A stretch of DNA of 64,000 bases from NCBI GenBank assembly GCA_004764695.1, contig SMSO01000031.1, positions 534,436-598,435 of the forward strand, in the 5' to 3' direction. A program made the position numbers and the translations under genes. Every line of letters starts with the position of its first letter. Positions within the stretch are counted from its first letter, which is position 1. The notes below the pieces were generated by a model. The model searched no databases, was not told where the DNA came from, and was given only the letters and a program-made list of their open reading frames with translations. The stretch is from Schizochytrium sp. TIO01. Lineage: Eukaryota; Protista; Bigyra: Labyrinthulomycetes. Positions 47,050-60,182 of this stretch are shown here, piece by piece.

Positions 47050-49824
47050 TTACACAGTGACCGAGGGCACGTCGACCTCCTCCACTTCGAGCGCGCCGCA
47101 TTCCTTTTTGAGGAATTCGTCGAGCTCGCGCATAGAGGACTCTGCGTTCTGCTTTTTCCGTGCGGCACGGTCACGATCTGCGGAGGATTTGTCAGTAGAC
47201 TTTGAGAGAGATGCCTCTCCATTGGCGTTAGAGCCGCCATGAACAGTGTCATTAGCCAGGACATTGAGAGCCGAAGGCAAATTACTAAAGGAAAAGATGG
47301 AAGCGTTGTTGTTACGCGGTGTCGGGCGCAAAAAGGATGCTGCATTGAAAAGCGAGTGTTCAGACATCTTTGTTCCGTAGAGCGAGGAACCAAAGTTGTG
47401 CGAAAGCTTATGGGTCAGTTTGGCCGTGGATAAAGACTTCCAGGACTTTGTAGCACGTAGAGTGAGATCGTCGGCGTTACCCGTAGCGATGTGCTCCAGG
47501 TCTTGTGTAAACCTTTCGAGGTCTGCGGTAGTGCTGTGGAGTTTATCTTCCTCATGCCCTGAGTTTCCAGACTCTGTGAGGGAGCTGTCCGGAGTGGTTG
47601 TCAGGGTGTTTAGGGTCAAGTTTGGTCTGCGGCTGTTGCTAGCTGATGAGTTTGTGTTGCCGGATTCATGGCGGCCAGTGGATGAAGACAGCACACCGTT
47701 GAAGTTAAAGTGCGACTGATGTCTGGGCGTATGCCTAGGGGTGAGGCGATCCGCTTCCAACAGGCTATCAAGACCAGCACGTAAGCTGAGAGTGGACATG
47801 ACCGGGTAGAGACTGCCAATGGTCTCCTCGGTAGACTTTTCCTCCTCGCGAGCTGTGCGCGGAAGGAACTCAGCATCAGGTTGAGACACGTGGCCAAGAA
47901 AGACATTCTGGTAAGCCTTGAGAAGGTTGAGCATAAAGGCAACAGTACCGTACGGGTCATGCTGGCGCTGCTCGAGCGGCTGGTCACGAGCGAATTGAAC
48001 AATTCGGCCACCAAAGCGCTCATCTTCCACGAGAAACTTGCTGAAGCCGACTTCATCCATGAGGTAGTCATCACAAGGGGCACGCCGAGCGGTATTACTT
48101 TCACGTCCTGATCGGCGACGAATGCCTGGGCCTGCACAAGGCTGTCCAAGCTTGTCAGAAGGAACGGAGAGCCAATGGCGTGCGAGGTCCAGTGCGGTCG
48201 CGCTAAAGTGCTGAAATTCACCATGATCACGAAGCGAAAGTGAAGCACGCGGTTCAGTATTCTTGGTAGAAAAGTTGATCATACGCAGGAGCTCGTAAAG
48301 ACATACCTGTCGCGGGTCTGTCATTTCGTCCAAGCTCTTGCTCGTACCTGTAGCCGCGTTCGGGCCGTTGTTGCTGCCCTTAAACGGCTCAAGTTGCGGA
48401 ATAGACTGCGACCGTGATAAATGGTTTGAGTCAAAACATGTTGCCCAGCTTTGGCCTCCCGATCGTGTGTTATGCTGATGTTGATAGCTGTTGCTCGGGC
48501 TCGCAGGCTCCAAAGACTCGCTCGAGGTTCGCTTCTTCGTAAAACCTGAACGTCCGGAAATTGTAAGCCTTTCTTGCGAGGCCAAGCGTCGTACGTACTG
48601 TTTCACTCCAGGGTACGCCTGAGGAGGAGGTGGGGCGGCGGTGGCATGCTCTGACCAGACGCTCGGCATTGCGGTATGCGGCATCGCGTGCGGGCGCGGT
48701 GCACCGGGGTGTCCCCTGGTATTGTTGCTGTTGTTGTTGTTGTTGTTGCTACTGCTGCTGCCCGAGGTGTACTCGCTGTAGTCGTCCATGGCGCTGTTAT
48801 GATGAAGCTGTTGCTGGTGCATAGTGTACTGATCGTAGTGACTGCCGGGGTACGGAGAAGGCGGTCCTGAAGAAGAGGATGCAGAGACATAGGCGTTGTG
48901 CTGCGTGGAGAGGTGGCGGTTGCCGACGGTGATCTCAGGGCCGCTCGAGTAGCAGTCGGAGGCAGGGTCGCTCGGGTACCGGCGAGCCTGAAGAGGCACG
49001 GTGCGGTGGTGCAGACTTGTGGTAGGCTGCGAAGCCGGGTGGCGCTGGAGGCGAGGCACCTCGGCCTCACGACGCTTCTTGACACGGCGCACGGGCAGCG
49101 GTGGGCTGTTCATCGGCAGGCGGGTCTGCTGTGCGTTTTGGATCTTGGTAGGCACACCATTCTCGATGCGCGGTGGCAAGACTCCATTGCGGTTGCGGCG
49201 ACGGCAGAAGAGCTTCCACTTAGGGGAGGTGACAGCTGCCAATACGCGGTAGTGCTCAGGGCGCTTTGCGGAGCCAGGGATGAGCTCAAGCACGTAGGCA
49301 CGGAAGTTGTGGTACACGTTACGCGTAAGCTTGCTGCCGAGGAAGCCGTAGTGCCATCCCTTGAGGTTGCGATTGAACTCGAAGTTGACACGTACGCTAC
49401 CGTCTGCGTCAATGCGGCGGTCCTGAAGCTCGAGACCCTCAATGTACTCCAGCAGAGGCTCGTCGGCTTGTCTAATCTTAGAGCGGACCTGCTCAATAGA
49501 AAGAACATCGCCGGGCTTGAAGCGCTCACGAGAGACACCTTTGGCTGCTGCGGCTGCTGGGCTGTTAAGCTCACAGTCAGCAATGCAAAAGTGCGCAAAG
49601 CTGTAAAGCTGCCCCTGGATAGATTGCGGCAAGTAGTAGAAGTTAATTACAATGCTGTGGCCGCAGAATCCGCGCTGGTGGCCGAGTCCCTGGCAGTGGT
49701 TGGGGAAACAACGAAGGTTTTTCTGCCCATTTGCCTTGTTGTTGCGCTGATATGCCTGAGCCCACTGGATGTTACTGTGGAACTCGAGTCTTGGCACAAG
49801 ATCACACATGTCTTTGCTATCCAT
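47050..49824 (-). CDS. 924-aa protein with a Cys/His-containing N-terminal domain and long disordered regions; putative transcription factor
   Basis: Long ORF with coding-like codon bias. N-terminal ~210 aa globular (YQRNNK..GQKNLRCFP.HC..GH..GFCG; GWHYGFLGSK; VTSPKWKLFCRRR); NLS-like RRVKKRR; poly-N, Gln/His/Ser/Pro-rich tracts. Function is inference. Confidence 0.85.
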   Translation of the reverse strand: MDSKDMCDLVPRLEFHSNIQWAQAYQRNNKANGQKNLRCFPNHCQGLGHQRGFCGHSIVINFYYLPQSIQGQLYSFAHFCIADCELNSPAAAAAKGVSRERFKPGDVLSIEQVRSKIRQADEPLLEYIEGLELQDRRIDADGSVRVNFEFNRNLKGWHYGFLGSKLTRNVYHNFRAYVLELIPGSAKRPEHYRVLAAVTSPKWKLFCRRRNRNGVLPPRIENGVPTKIQNAQQTRLPMNSPPLPVRRVKKRREAEVPRLQRHPASQPTTSLHHRTVPLQARRYPSDPASDCYSSGPEITVGNRHLSTQHNAYVSASSSSGPPSPYPGSHYDQYTMHQQQLHHNSAMDDYSEYTSGSSSSNNNNNNSNNTRGHPGAPRPHAMPHTAMPSVWSEHATAAPPPPQAYPGVKQYVRRLASQERLTISGRSGFTKKRTSSESLEPASPSNSYQHQHNTRSGGQSWATCFDSNHLSRSQSIPQLEPFKGSNNGPNAATGTSKSLDEMTDPRQVCLYELLRMINFSTKNTEPRASLSLRDHGEFQHFSATALDLARHWLSVPSDKLGQPCAGPGIRRRSGRESNTARRAPCDDYLMDEVGFSKFLVEDERFGGRIVQFARDQPLEQRQHDPYGTVAFMLNLLKAYQNVFLGHVSQPDAEFLPRTAREEEKSTEETIGSLYPVMSTLSLRAGLDSLLEADRLTPRHTPRHQSHFNFNGVLSSSTGRHESGNTNSSASNSRRPNLTLNTLTTTPDSSLTESGNSGHEEDKLHSTTADLERFTQDLEHIATGNADDLTLRATKSWKSLSTAKLTHKLSHNFGSSLYGTKMSEHSLFNAASFLRPTPRNNNASIFSFSNLPSALNVLANDTVHGGSNANGEASLSKSTDKSSADRDRAARKKQNAESSMRELDEFLKKECGALEVEEVDVPSVTV

Positions 49825-50842
49825 ACTGGGATTTGTAGATAAACTACAGCAATTATGTGTTTGATGGTGCGACTTCTTGTTGTTTGTCTTAGTCTAGATC
49901 TAATACTACAAGTAGTATCAGTAGTAGTAAGAGTGGCTCTTGTAAAGCGATGCAGGCACCTAAGGCTTGCGTGTAATTCTTTTTGACGTTGAGCCTGTAG
50001 ATGGTTTCGCTGGCTGATTAGTGCGCTAATGCACGCTGGACTGCGAGTATTTCGATGGTGCAGCTGGTCTGGCTGGTCACGAGCTCGCTTGGCCTGGTTC
50101 GGGACAGAATGTTTGCCCTGGGACTACACGTTCTCACCTGCCTATACAGCAAGCACGTAAGCACGTTAGCCTTAGCAGTGCCTTAGCTTCTGGCTACTCT
50201 ATGATAGATGATAGATGACACGAAATAAATGCGGAGGTGGGCAAACTTGCTTTCCCTTATTAGTTGCTGACTTGCTCTTCTTGCTTGTTGTAATTCACGA
50301 CGCAGATAGATAAAACACCAAACAAATAAGCAGCAGAGCAGCAGCGTGGTCGCTTGTCTTTGCTTATATATTTATGCGGGTTTGCCGATCTTTTCTATGT
50401 TGGACTTCGTCCGCTCTTGGCGAGACTCGAGTTAAAGATTTGCTGCACCTGATCGTCCGCCGCCAGCAGCTCCGGGTTTGCCGTCGGGCTCTTGCTCTTT
50501 CTTTACAGGGGACGGGCCGGCGCCGTACCCCCTTCTACGGTACTCGGTAGCGGCCCTCTAGGGGCGCCGCGGTCTTTCTTCTCTCTCGTTTCTTCGGGAC
50601 AGAGGCTGTCAATTGGGAATCGATTGAGCAATTGCAGTGACCTCGAGAGGAGCTCAGAGAGAACTAAAGCGTGGAGTCACAGACAGAGAGGGAGGGAGGG
50701 AGGGAGAGAGGGAGAGCGAAAACACGCTCTGCAAAGGGAGAGCGGAGCACAACCGAAAGGCCGATTGTTCCTTCCTTGCCTCGCTCAGACCAAGACCTTG
50801 GAAAGGCAGACTCTCTCGTTTCTGCTCCCATCTATTCTACAG

Positions 50843-50943
50843 AAAGGAAAAGAAAGAAAGAAAGAAAAGAAGAAAAGAAAGAAAAGAAAGAAAAGAAGAA
50901 AAGAAAAGAAAGAAAAGAAGAAAAGAAAAGAAAAGAAAAGAAA
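50843..50943. repeat. Purine-rich (AAAAG/AAAG)n tract
   Basis: Read directly. Confidence 0.9.
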
Positions 50944-51612
50944 TTGTTGTTCTATCTCTCCTCGTCTCTGCGCCCTCGCGTCTTCAGAGGGGTCTCTCTC
51001 GCGCGCCCTGTCCATCCCTCTGGAGATTCTTCTGCCTGCTGCGAATGACTGACTTCTGAAGTCCTCTCGGTGATACCAGAGAGGGCGTATGTGCTCGAGC
51101 GAGTGGCTGTCAGCAGCGGCTCGGAGGAGAACCGAGACCGGGGCAGAACAAGCACGAGACCAGGACAGAAACCAATGACGAGAAGAGAAGAGAAGAAGAG
51201 ATTGCTCCTGCTCGCTTAGTTTGAAAGACAGCAGTTAATTCTTTTCGATTCTTTTCAATTCTTTCCAATTCAATCAAAGAGAACTAACTTGCTACTCAGC
51301 ACCAATGTCTGTTTACTTTGATGAATCAACGCAGTGCAACAACAGAAAGAGGAAAAAAGAAACGAAAGAAAATGAAAGAAAAGAAAATAAGCCATTCTTC
51401 CCTTTTCTCAAATCAATTGTGAAGGAGTCTGAAAGACCCGAGCCGGCCAAACAGACAGACATACTTACATACATACAGACACAAACACAGAGACACACGA
51501 CTGCATCCAGGAAAAAAGAAAAGAAAAAAGAAAAGTTAAAAGTTAATAGTTAAAAGTTAAAAGTAATTTTTTAAAAGAAAAAAAGAAAAAAGAAAAAAGA
51601 AAAAAGAAAAAA

Positions 51613-51748
51613 GAAACAGTGGCTTGGTAGGTTTACTTTTAGAAACGTTTAAGGATAGAGAAAAGAAAAGAAAAGAAAAAAGAAAAAAGAAACAGTGGCT
51701 TAGTAGGTTTACTTTTAGAAACGTTTAAGGATAGAGAAAAGAAAAGAA
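51613..51748. repeat. Tandem duplication, period ~76 bp
   Basis: GAAACAGTGGCTT(G/A)GTAGGTTTACTTTTAGAAACGTTTAAGGATAGAGAAAAG at 51613 and 51689, with one mismatch in the unique part. Confidence 0.9.
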
Positions 51749-52615
51749 AGAAAAAACAGAGAAAGGACGGCGAAAGGAGGGGAGAGAAGGACACAAGCGC
51801 GCAAACAAATCTTTGGCGGGCGGATAGACGGCTAGACCCGGAGGGACGCGCTGGGCTCGCGCTCGAGTCACTCATTCGGCTGAGCTGAGCCATTCTGGAG
51901 CTGAGCTGACTAGCACGGGCTTGATGGCTCGCTGTGCTGGAGGCTACTCCGATGGTACAGCTTACTTAGGCCGAGCCAAACGCGGCGACTTGAAAGACGC
52001 TCGCCTACTCACTTGGGGCACGTAATCAATCAATCCTCAGCGCTCGATTCACTCACTATATTGAGAAACTGGTTTTAAATAAAAACTAATTGAAAGCAAT
52101 ATGAGCCAATGAAGTACCTACTTATTTTCGTATTCATTTTCATGCTTATTTTTCTGATGAAAAGGGAGAAGGGAAGATGAAGGGGGAGAGGAACATTTCT
52201 TCTCAGTTTGAGAAGCTTTTCGCCGTCTTCTTCGCACTGGAAACAAAGGCGAAGGTTTTAAATCGATTTTTATATTCCAGTAGATGGAAAACATGGGTAC
52301 AAAGAAACAATTATTTTCAAAAGTGAAGATAAAAACCTGACCCTTCGTGTCTCTTTCTAGTTTTTTTTTTTTTTTTCTTTTCTTTTAAATAATTAAATTA
52401 TAAATAAACAATAAATGGGATAAATTTGAGCTGCGAATGAAAGAAATCCTAAAAGGTCTGATGAATGAATACAAAAGAACCAGGGATCGTACGGCTGGCA
52501 ATCTTTAGTCGAGAGACTCCCTTTTCTTTCAACACTTGTGGCTCGCAGGCGCTCAGAGGAAGAAGCAAAGGCGATTGTGGAGGGGGAGCCACAAGCATTT
52601 AATAAAGAAGACGTT

Positions 52616-52653
<38 letters not shown>

Positions 52654-52654
52654 G
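52616..52654. repeat. (TTG)13 microsatellite
   Basis: Read directly. Confidence 0.9.
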
Positions 52655-54495
52655 CAAGTAATCGTGCGCAATTAAAAAATGAATAAAAATAATAACATTC
52701 TTTATCAAAACAGGAGATAGCAATTTAGTGGAAGACGGAGGAAGACGGAAATGAGAGGTTTGCTTCTGATAGCAAAACCGGAAGAAATAAAGTCTCTGGT
52801 TTGTTGCAAGTATCTACCGTGAAAATGGTTGGCTCAGTCAGCTGTCTTTCAATATTCGACATATGTGTAGCAGAAAATCTTATCAAGACGTAAAAGCGCA
52901 AAACTGTACTCACGAAAACTAAATCCAACCCATAAGAATTTCTCAGCTGTGATCCCAAATAAAATTAGGAACCTACTAGTTTTACTAATTTGTATTCCTT
53001 TAATCGACTTTTCTCATTTGGGAAGAAGGACATTCCTTCGTCATTATAAAATTAAAATTAAAATTAAAAACAAAATATATATATAAGTATAGTTGCGGAA
53101 AAGGTAAGGTTATGGACTCAGGAAAATCAGTCGAAAGACCCTCCTTGGCCGACTTGAAACTAATCTCTTCTCATAGAGAGAGTTGCCGTCGCTAATGAAA
53201 TATTTTGGAATAGGATATTCAGACCAATCCTGAGGCTAATTATTGGCGACATCTTGGAGGAACTTGAAGGTATGAACTCTGCAATTATGCTGTCTCAATC
53301 ACCTTTCCTTTCTCCACGTTTGGTTCTCCTTTCTAAGGTGACCTCACTTTTTTTTTTTTTCTTCCTATCGTGATGTATACTACCATACTGTTGCATCAAC
53401 GACATATCATTTGTAGCTGTCATTGAGTCATGTTTCTATCATAGTCAATTACGGAAGTTGATCAACTGCTTGAACTCTCAATGAAATGTTAACAGTAAAT
53501 TAGTGATTTTATCAAAGAAGAACGCAGCACGTACACATTGTCTTATACGGTGGCTATGCGTTCTAGCACTTGCAGGAACGCGCGGCCTTTTTAACTAGTC
53601 TTTTTTATTTTTAGCCGTGCTTTTAAAGGTCTCAATTGAATCCTTTAATGATACAGTGAGCGTATCGGCTTATTGCGTCTTAGTTCATATTTACTTTTTG
53701 CCCGTAAGCAGATTAAAATCAGTCCTTTATTCGCACCTTCCTCAACCCTTGCAATTCTGCCATTATGGTTTCCCAATGTACCTTATTAGTCAACTCTGCT
53801 CTTTCGTTCGTTTTGTATTCTTTTTGTTCTCTTTGTTTCTTTATTTCTTTATTTTTCTGATTTTTGTTATTTCATAGTTGGCTGGAGCTAGGTACTTTGT
53901 TATACCATAATCATCATTACCAGTTATTTATTCTATGTTTCTTTACACTAGGTAGTACTAATTTTAATGATAATTCGCCATCATTACTATGGTAGTTTTT
54001 TACCACGTGTTCTATTCGCGTTCTAGTTCTGTTCTCTGGATCACATTACTTGGGCTTCAACCCGGAGTTCTCAAGCGCAGGTTCTTCTGGTTCTACTACC
54101 CCTTCGCATCGCAGTCCTCCTGCTGAAGGTCGCGGCCCTGACCCGCTCGGTGCTAGCGTTCGGAGGAGGGCGCCACCAGTCCTCCAGGCGATTCAGGTCC
54201 ACTGATTTTTTGCGCAGGCTATTGCTTTCTGTGAGACTTCCTCCGCATGTCGAGCGTCCGCCAGCTCTTCAAAGCACAGGCCCTTGGTAAAGCATGGCTT
54301 CCTTGAGCAGGTCGCTTCTCACAAGCGTCTGCAGTGGTCGAGGGCCTGTGGGTTATTGGCTCTTCGTCACCTGGCAGCTGACAAAGCAAGTCCTAGTGCC
54401 AGCTGAGCTTGCCCGTCCGACAGACAGTTCGATAGTTGGTTGGCAACGAAGCGCAAAGAAAGTTGGGACAGGAAGCCAAAAAGGAAAAAAATAAA

Positions 54496-54540
54496 GCCAA
54501 GCCAAGCCAAGCCAAGCCAAGCCAAGCCAAGCCAAGCCAA
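54496..54540. repeat. (GCCAA)9 microsatellite
   Basis: Read directly. Confidence 0.95.
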
Positions 54541-57493
54541 TGAGAAAGTTCAAGCTGAGCTTTATGACAGGGACAACATAGCGTGAAATTCTCACTCCGA
54601 AGGGCTAGCGAGATGTTCTCTGTCTAAATCTCCGTCGTTGGTGATGATTCTTCACTGCCTATAGTTGACTAGGAGGGAACGACGCGCATCTTTCGTAGTT
54701 TAGTTTCTCGTATATTCAATCAATGCATATCTTACACCGGCTATGAGTATCTGAGTAAATAGGGCCAATGGTACGATCGACTGGCCTACGGCAAGCGACA
54801 GGAAGAGATGGCTGCGAGGTTCCGATGGATGACCTTGAGTAGAGGATTACTGTCACTAGACGAATTGGAAAGAGATGAGACCAGTGCTCGAGGTTTCCTT
54901 CCTGAGATAATTTATCCATGCAAAGTTCGGTTAGTCTAAATTTCTCTGTATTTTTAAAATTTTATATTTATCCGGGTAACTTTTGTCTGCATTTCGTCCC
55001 TTTGGTTGTCACCTCAGTAGCTCACTCCTTCCTCTGGATTTCCTAGGTATACCATGAGATGAAACTTCTTGGATGATGGTTCTCGACCACCGGCAGCTCG
55101 TTTTTCATTTTCAAATGAGATTAAAAGCAATGTCTGGCGTTGTCATAAGTTAGTATTGCCTGGGGCAACTATTTAGAACACAAACATGATTCCTTCGTAC
55201 TTATGTATGTATTTGTATCGAGAATTTTGCTATTCAATTGCAGCGATTCAATCGGAGAACTCGAGATAGCAGATAGAGTGCGTTTCTTATACTCTTACAA
55301 AACTCTTTGCTTAAAAGAAAATATGTCAGGAGAGAGCTTGCGATTGCATCATATAGGACATCCGATCATTGGGTCCGCAGATGTGTGTGTAGAATTATCA
55401 TATTAGTTTAGCCGAGCAGCAATTGATAGAACATCCGCGGTTCCTGCAGGTAAATACGCAAACTAAATAATTCGTAGCTTCGGAGTGGCAGCCTCAGTGA
55501 GAAAGAGTATGCAATCTTTGTAGACGACAGAAGCGAGAAATAGCTTTGATGATAAGGGTTAATTTACCTGGAAAAGTCATTTTGTTTGTAAGACTTTGCT
55601 AGCTACAGAAAGATAGAATTCAGACACGACTACTGGGCTATATAGATTTTGAGAGGCATCATCCATCACTGCCCGAAGCCTTTTCCAAAGAAAGATCACG
55701 ATTCCGGCCGGGACATTCCTCCGATCCAGCTAACAATCTCCTCGCTTATTGCCTTGAAAGCAGTTCTGTAGACACAGCGGTCACGCGCTGGTTGTACCTT
55801 CGGACTCGGTGAGTAGAGCATACATTGTGCTGCTAGAACACCAAAAATGTGCGCAGGTAGGTCAATTTACCTCAAGTCTCTGGCATTGTATGCCAGTCAA
55901 ACTTCCCCTCCCCCCATCAAAAAGTCGCGTAAACCAGCTGATTTTTTCCATCATTCCTCTGTTCTGATGATATCTGGTATCATCCCAAAGTCCCATTTGG
56001 AGTATTTTGATGGATGGGGGTTCAATCTACTCAGCGAAGCGGGTGTTGAACTGCCGGAGCGTTTGAGCCCCATCTTGCTTTTAAATATATCTTTTGACTA
56101 TTCACTTTTTTTCCTCATTTCGACGAAATCATGCAATTTGGGTTCTCCAAAACGCGGAATTACCTTTTTCTTTATTTAGCAAGATGGCCTGGGTTGCCAA
56201 AGTCTCTGACTGTAGAACGTGCAGGAAATGGTCATTTTTTTCAAAGTAACCAACAATCATCATCATCAGCTCTTGCTCAATCTCTGAGGTTTTATCCTTA
56301 GTTTCGATAGCGCTTATTCTCAAATTTTCCGTGGGCTCCGTTCATGCAATTATTCGCTGTAACTAAATCTTATTGGTTCATTTTGATTTTAATCTTATTG
56401 TTTTTAAAATCATACTTGATAATAAGATTAAAATCATACTTTTACTTAAAACACTTCCTTTTAAAACAGCGCATCATTTTTTAAAAAATTGTAAATAAAT
56501 CTTTGCTGTCTTCGCTGTGACTGAATACTTTAAATATATTTAATAGTAACACTCCTAGAAGCAACACAATAAAAAATACCTTATTTGAGAGACAGCCGAA
56601 ACAGAACATTTCAAAGGAAATATATGTGCGATTTCAATAGGCTAACGATCGATCGATTTAAATTGCCCGCCTCCATCTATCGGACGACTCAGTTGCACTG
56701 CTTTGTTCTTCCTTATACTTTCTTTGCTCACATTCACAACGAAACCCCTCCAAAATGATTTCCTACCTACCTACTGCTTACATATTTCTTTTTCCCTCTA
56801 TTTTCTTATTTAAAAAACAATTATTAAAAATGAGACACGAATAAGATAATTTTAACTTTGAAGTTTATTAAATAGGCTCAGAATGTTTTTGAATTAAAAA
56901 AGAAGTGTTGAAAATGAAGAAACAGAAAGAGAGAGAGAGAGAGAGAGAGAGAAAGAAAGATAGATAGAGTAAACACCAATGTAATTCTTTATTGCTAACT
57001 AAAGAAATAAATAGGAAGCTCTTCTTCGAAGTGACAGACTCAAGCTGTTTAAAAGGGGGCGACAAAGGTATTATACTCATGTTTATGGTTCTCTCTTTCA
57101 TACCGTCTCTCTTTCACCTTGATCTTATCAGTAGTGTTTTTTGTTTGTTTCCCTGAAAAGAACCATTCTATCATTCTCAGTCATTCTCCAAATCGAAAAA
57201 AGAAACAAGAAAGTAAAATACAAAAGATAATGAAAACAAGTAGTCCTAGAGCACAGCTAGGGTCTCTCTAGGCAGATTGATTCATTAGCCGGAATGCGTC
57301 CATCGATGATCCATGTTACTTACTCACTCGAGAGTCCAGATCGCTGCCTGCCTGCTTGCTGCAAAAGGTCGCAGTGCCTCGGGATTCGAGTTTTCGACCC
57401 CTCTGTCACGCTGTCCCGCTTAGTCTGACTGAGCTCAGGTTACATCTGCAAGTCGTCGCGACGCCCATTGAACAGCTTTGCACAGAGAGCTAA

Positions 57494-57533
57494 CTATTTA
57501 TTCATAGCTATTTATTCATAGCTATTTATTCAT
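57494..57533. repeat. 14-bp tandem repeat (CTATTTATTCATAG) ~x3
   Basis: Read directly. Confidence 0.85.
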
Positions 57534-60182
57534 GCGCGGGTGTTTCTTTATAGAAGTCTATTGCATTCACTGTCTCGCGAAGGGCTTATTAACTGTACCA
57601 CACGAGTGCGCGATTGCAGTTTAATCCGGCAAAAGCCTGAAGAGACTTGTATATTACGAGTCCATCTGCGGTCCATACGCGGCGTGGAAGGTGCGGTCCC
57701 AGGCACACAAAACTACGGCGCTATGGGAGATTACGGTGCGGCGTGTGCTTGTTTGAGGCGTCTCTCAGGTTCGAACAACATTTCCGAATCCTCACTTTCC
57801 GATGTCTTATCAGCAGTGCGGTAGCACTCTTAGGATTTTACGCCAGGTAGAAGCCAGGTAGAAGTAGAATACAGAAGAAGATTGATTCCTTCGGATATGA
57901 ACAGCCGATTATCGAGCGCCCTTCAACTGCACTGCGTTCTAAATTGTATTTAGTAGTAGGAGCTGGTTTGACTACAGGATCGGGTCTCCTCAGCAGCAAT
58001 GTATAACACTGCGGACTTGTAGGCATTCGTGAGTTAATGCAGAAGAGAAAAAGAAAAAGGCAGTACAGACGCCCAACCATAGACATTTACTACACCTTTC
58101 AGGCTCTTGGCAATGTACGAGTCGAACTCGAGGAGGTCTCAAGGACCTTCAATCTATAAAAACACGTTTTGCGCGAATCTCTTGCATCACGTGCACAAGT
58201 CTAGAGCAATAAACGAAGAAGCCAAGGGCGACGGATTTGGAATTAGACTTCGCCAGAATCTTGAAAATCTTGACCACATCTTTCAAATTGCTTTCTAGCC
58301 CATCGAGAAAAGGGATCGCGGAAGTCCACGTGTAGAGATCACGACATGTTTATGTTGGTTTTGCCCGGGAATGTGACAATACCAGCAGCCTCCGAGTCGA
58401 CTCTACTCAATTACTACATTCTTTTCATATTCAACTTGAACTATTTTGTACTAGACCGAAAAAATCAACAATACTTAACATTCGCCTCGAATAATGAGTA
58501 TCCATGTCTCAAGATCTTCGTTGGCTTTGGTTTGTTTGTATCAATTTCGCGCCCGTGCCGTTCCCCTTTCTTGTTTGCACAATTAAGTTGAGTCTTCTAC
58601 ATTCATCGCAACCTGCTGGTCTTTCAGAAGTTTGGTCGCTCTCTCCTTTTTGTGTGTATTTCGCCCCTTTCAGAGAGAGGCTTCAAGCACAAAGCCGGAT
58701 TCGGGTTGCTCCCCGTCTCTCTGTTGGCTTTCATTCGTGCCGCTCAGTTCGAGACGTTCGCTCAATTTTGCAGAACCAGCTGTAATCGCATTGTCAACTT
58801 GTAATCACAAAAGCGAACGTAGGGCTGGCGCGCCTCCAGATTCTCTCGCTGTCTCGTAAAACCGATGTGAGCCTCTCCAGACATACGCGCCTTCGCCGTT
58901 CTTCAGGCTTCCATCTGGCCAGGGTACAGCACTCCCGCCTCAACAGGCACGTGGCGATTCTCCTGTAGCGTCGCGCTCTGCGTAAGGCAGTCCGAATCAC
59001 CCCGAATCACCATGTGCTGCACGCATCTTGAAGGTATCTTCTTCTGCACACGTCGCCGCTTCGTGGCAAGCAGCCAGCCTCTCCTCGCCACCTCGGCGGT
59101 TCGCAGAGTGCCTGTCTTTGATTTCGCCTCTTTTCTCGTCTCGATCCCCATTCTCCATCTCGCGCAGAGTTAGTAACTCGCGTTCTTGGAAAAAAGCAAA
59201 ACCAAAAGCCACAAATCAAAACAAGAACCAAAAAGAAACGGAAGTCCAAACTGCAGAATTTCATAAGGCCATTGCATTTCACGACACGAATCGCAACGCA
59301 ACGCGAGCGAGTGGAAAAGGACAGCGGTAGTCAGCCATTCATTCGCGCGAGGAGCAGCACCTCCTCTTCCTGGCGCCCTGCGAGCCGTAACACCGCCATG
59401 TGTATGTATGTATGTATGTATGAGTATGTAAGTATGTAAGGATGTAAGTATGTAAGGATGTAAGGATGTATGTATCTCTCCCTCTTCTTTGTTGATTGAC
59501 ACGTGTGTTTGGACGAATCCACGAATGAACAAATGAATGAGAACGAACGAACGAACAAACAAACAAACAAACAAACAAATGAATGTATTTCCCACCTCTT
59601 CTTCTTCTTTTTAATTAAACTAAAATTAAAATTATATTGACCCGAAAATCAAATTTTCAAAGAAGTAGAAAATTCATTGACAGTTGGAAAGAAGAAACTC
59701 AACTTGAAGAAACAGCGTACTTATCCATCCATCTATCCATTCACTATGTATCTGCCACACTACTCAGTTGCGCATTCCTCGTTGGGCACTCTTTTGCTCC
59801 AACGCTCCTCCAACAGACAGTTCAAGTCCACTGGGAGCTTGGTCGCCTTCTCCTCAGGATGAACGAACGAATGAAGATGATCAACCAGGCTCGGGCTCGA
59901 GCGAGCGAGCGAGCCGCAGTCAAAGCCAAACCACTGCGCACGAAACCCGCCTTCAACATGCATTCCGCCAACAGCGCCTGCGACTGCGATCGCCTCGGAG
60001 CTGCGGAGCGTGTGCTGACAGAGCAGAAACACTACATACACATACATGCAGATATACATACATATTCATACATATTCATACATTTACATACATACATACA
60101 TAGAGTGAGTGAGTGAGTGAGTGATTGACTGAGTGAGTGCGCGGTGTGAGGATTGAAGGGTACGACAACACCCTTATTAACT

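Noticed and set aside
55847-56345. Fragmentary protein-like ORFs, possible pseudogene
   Set aside because: No recognisable family and multiple stops; insufficient evidence.
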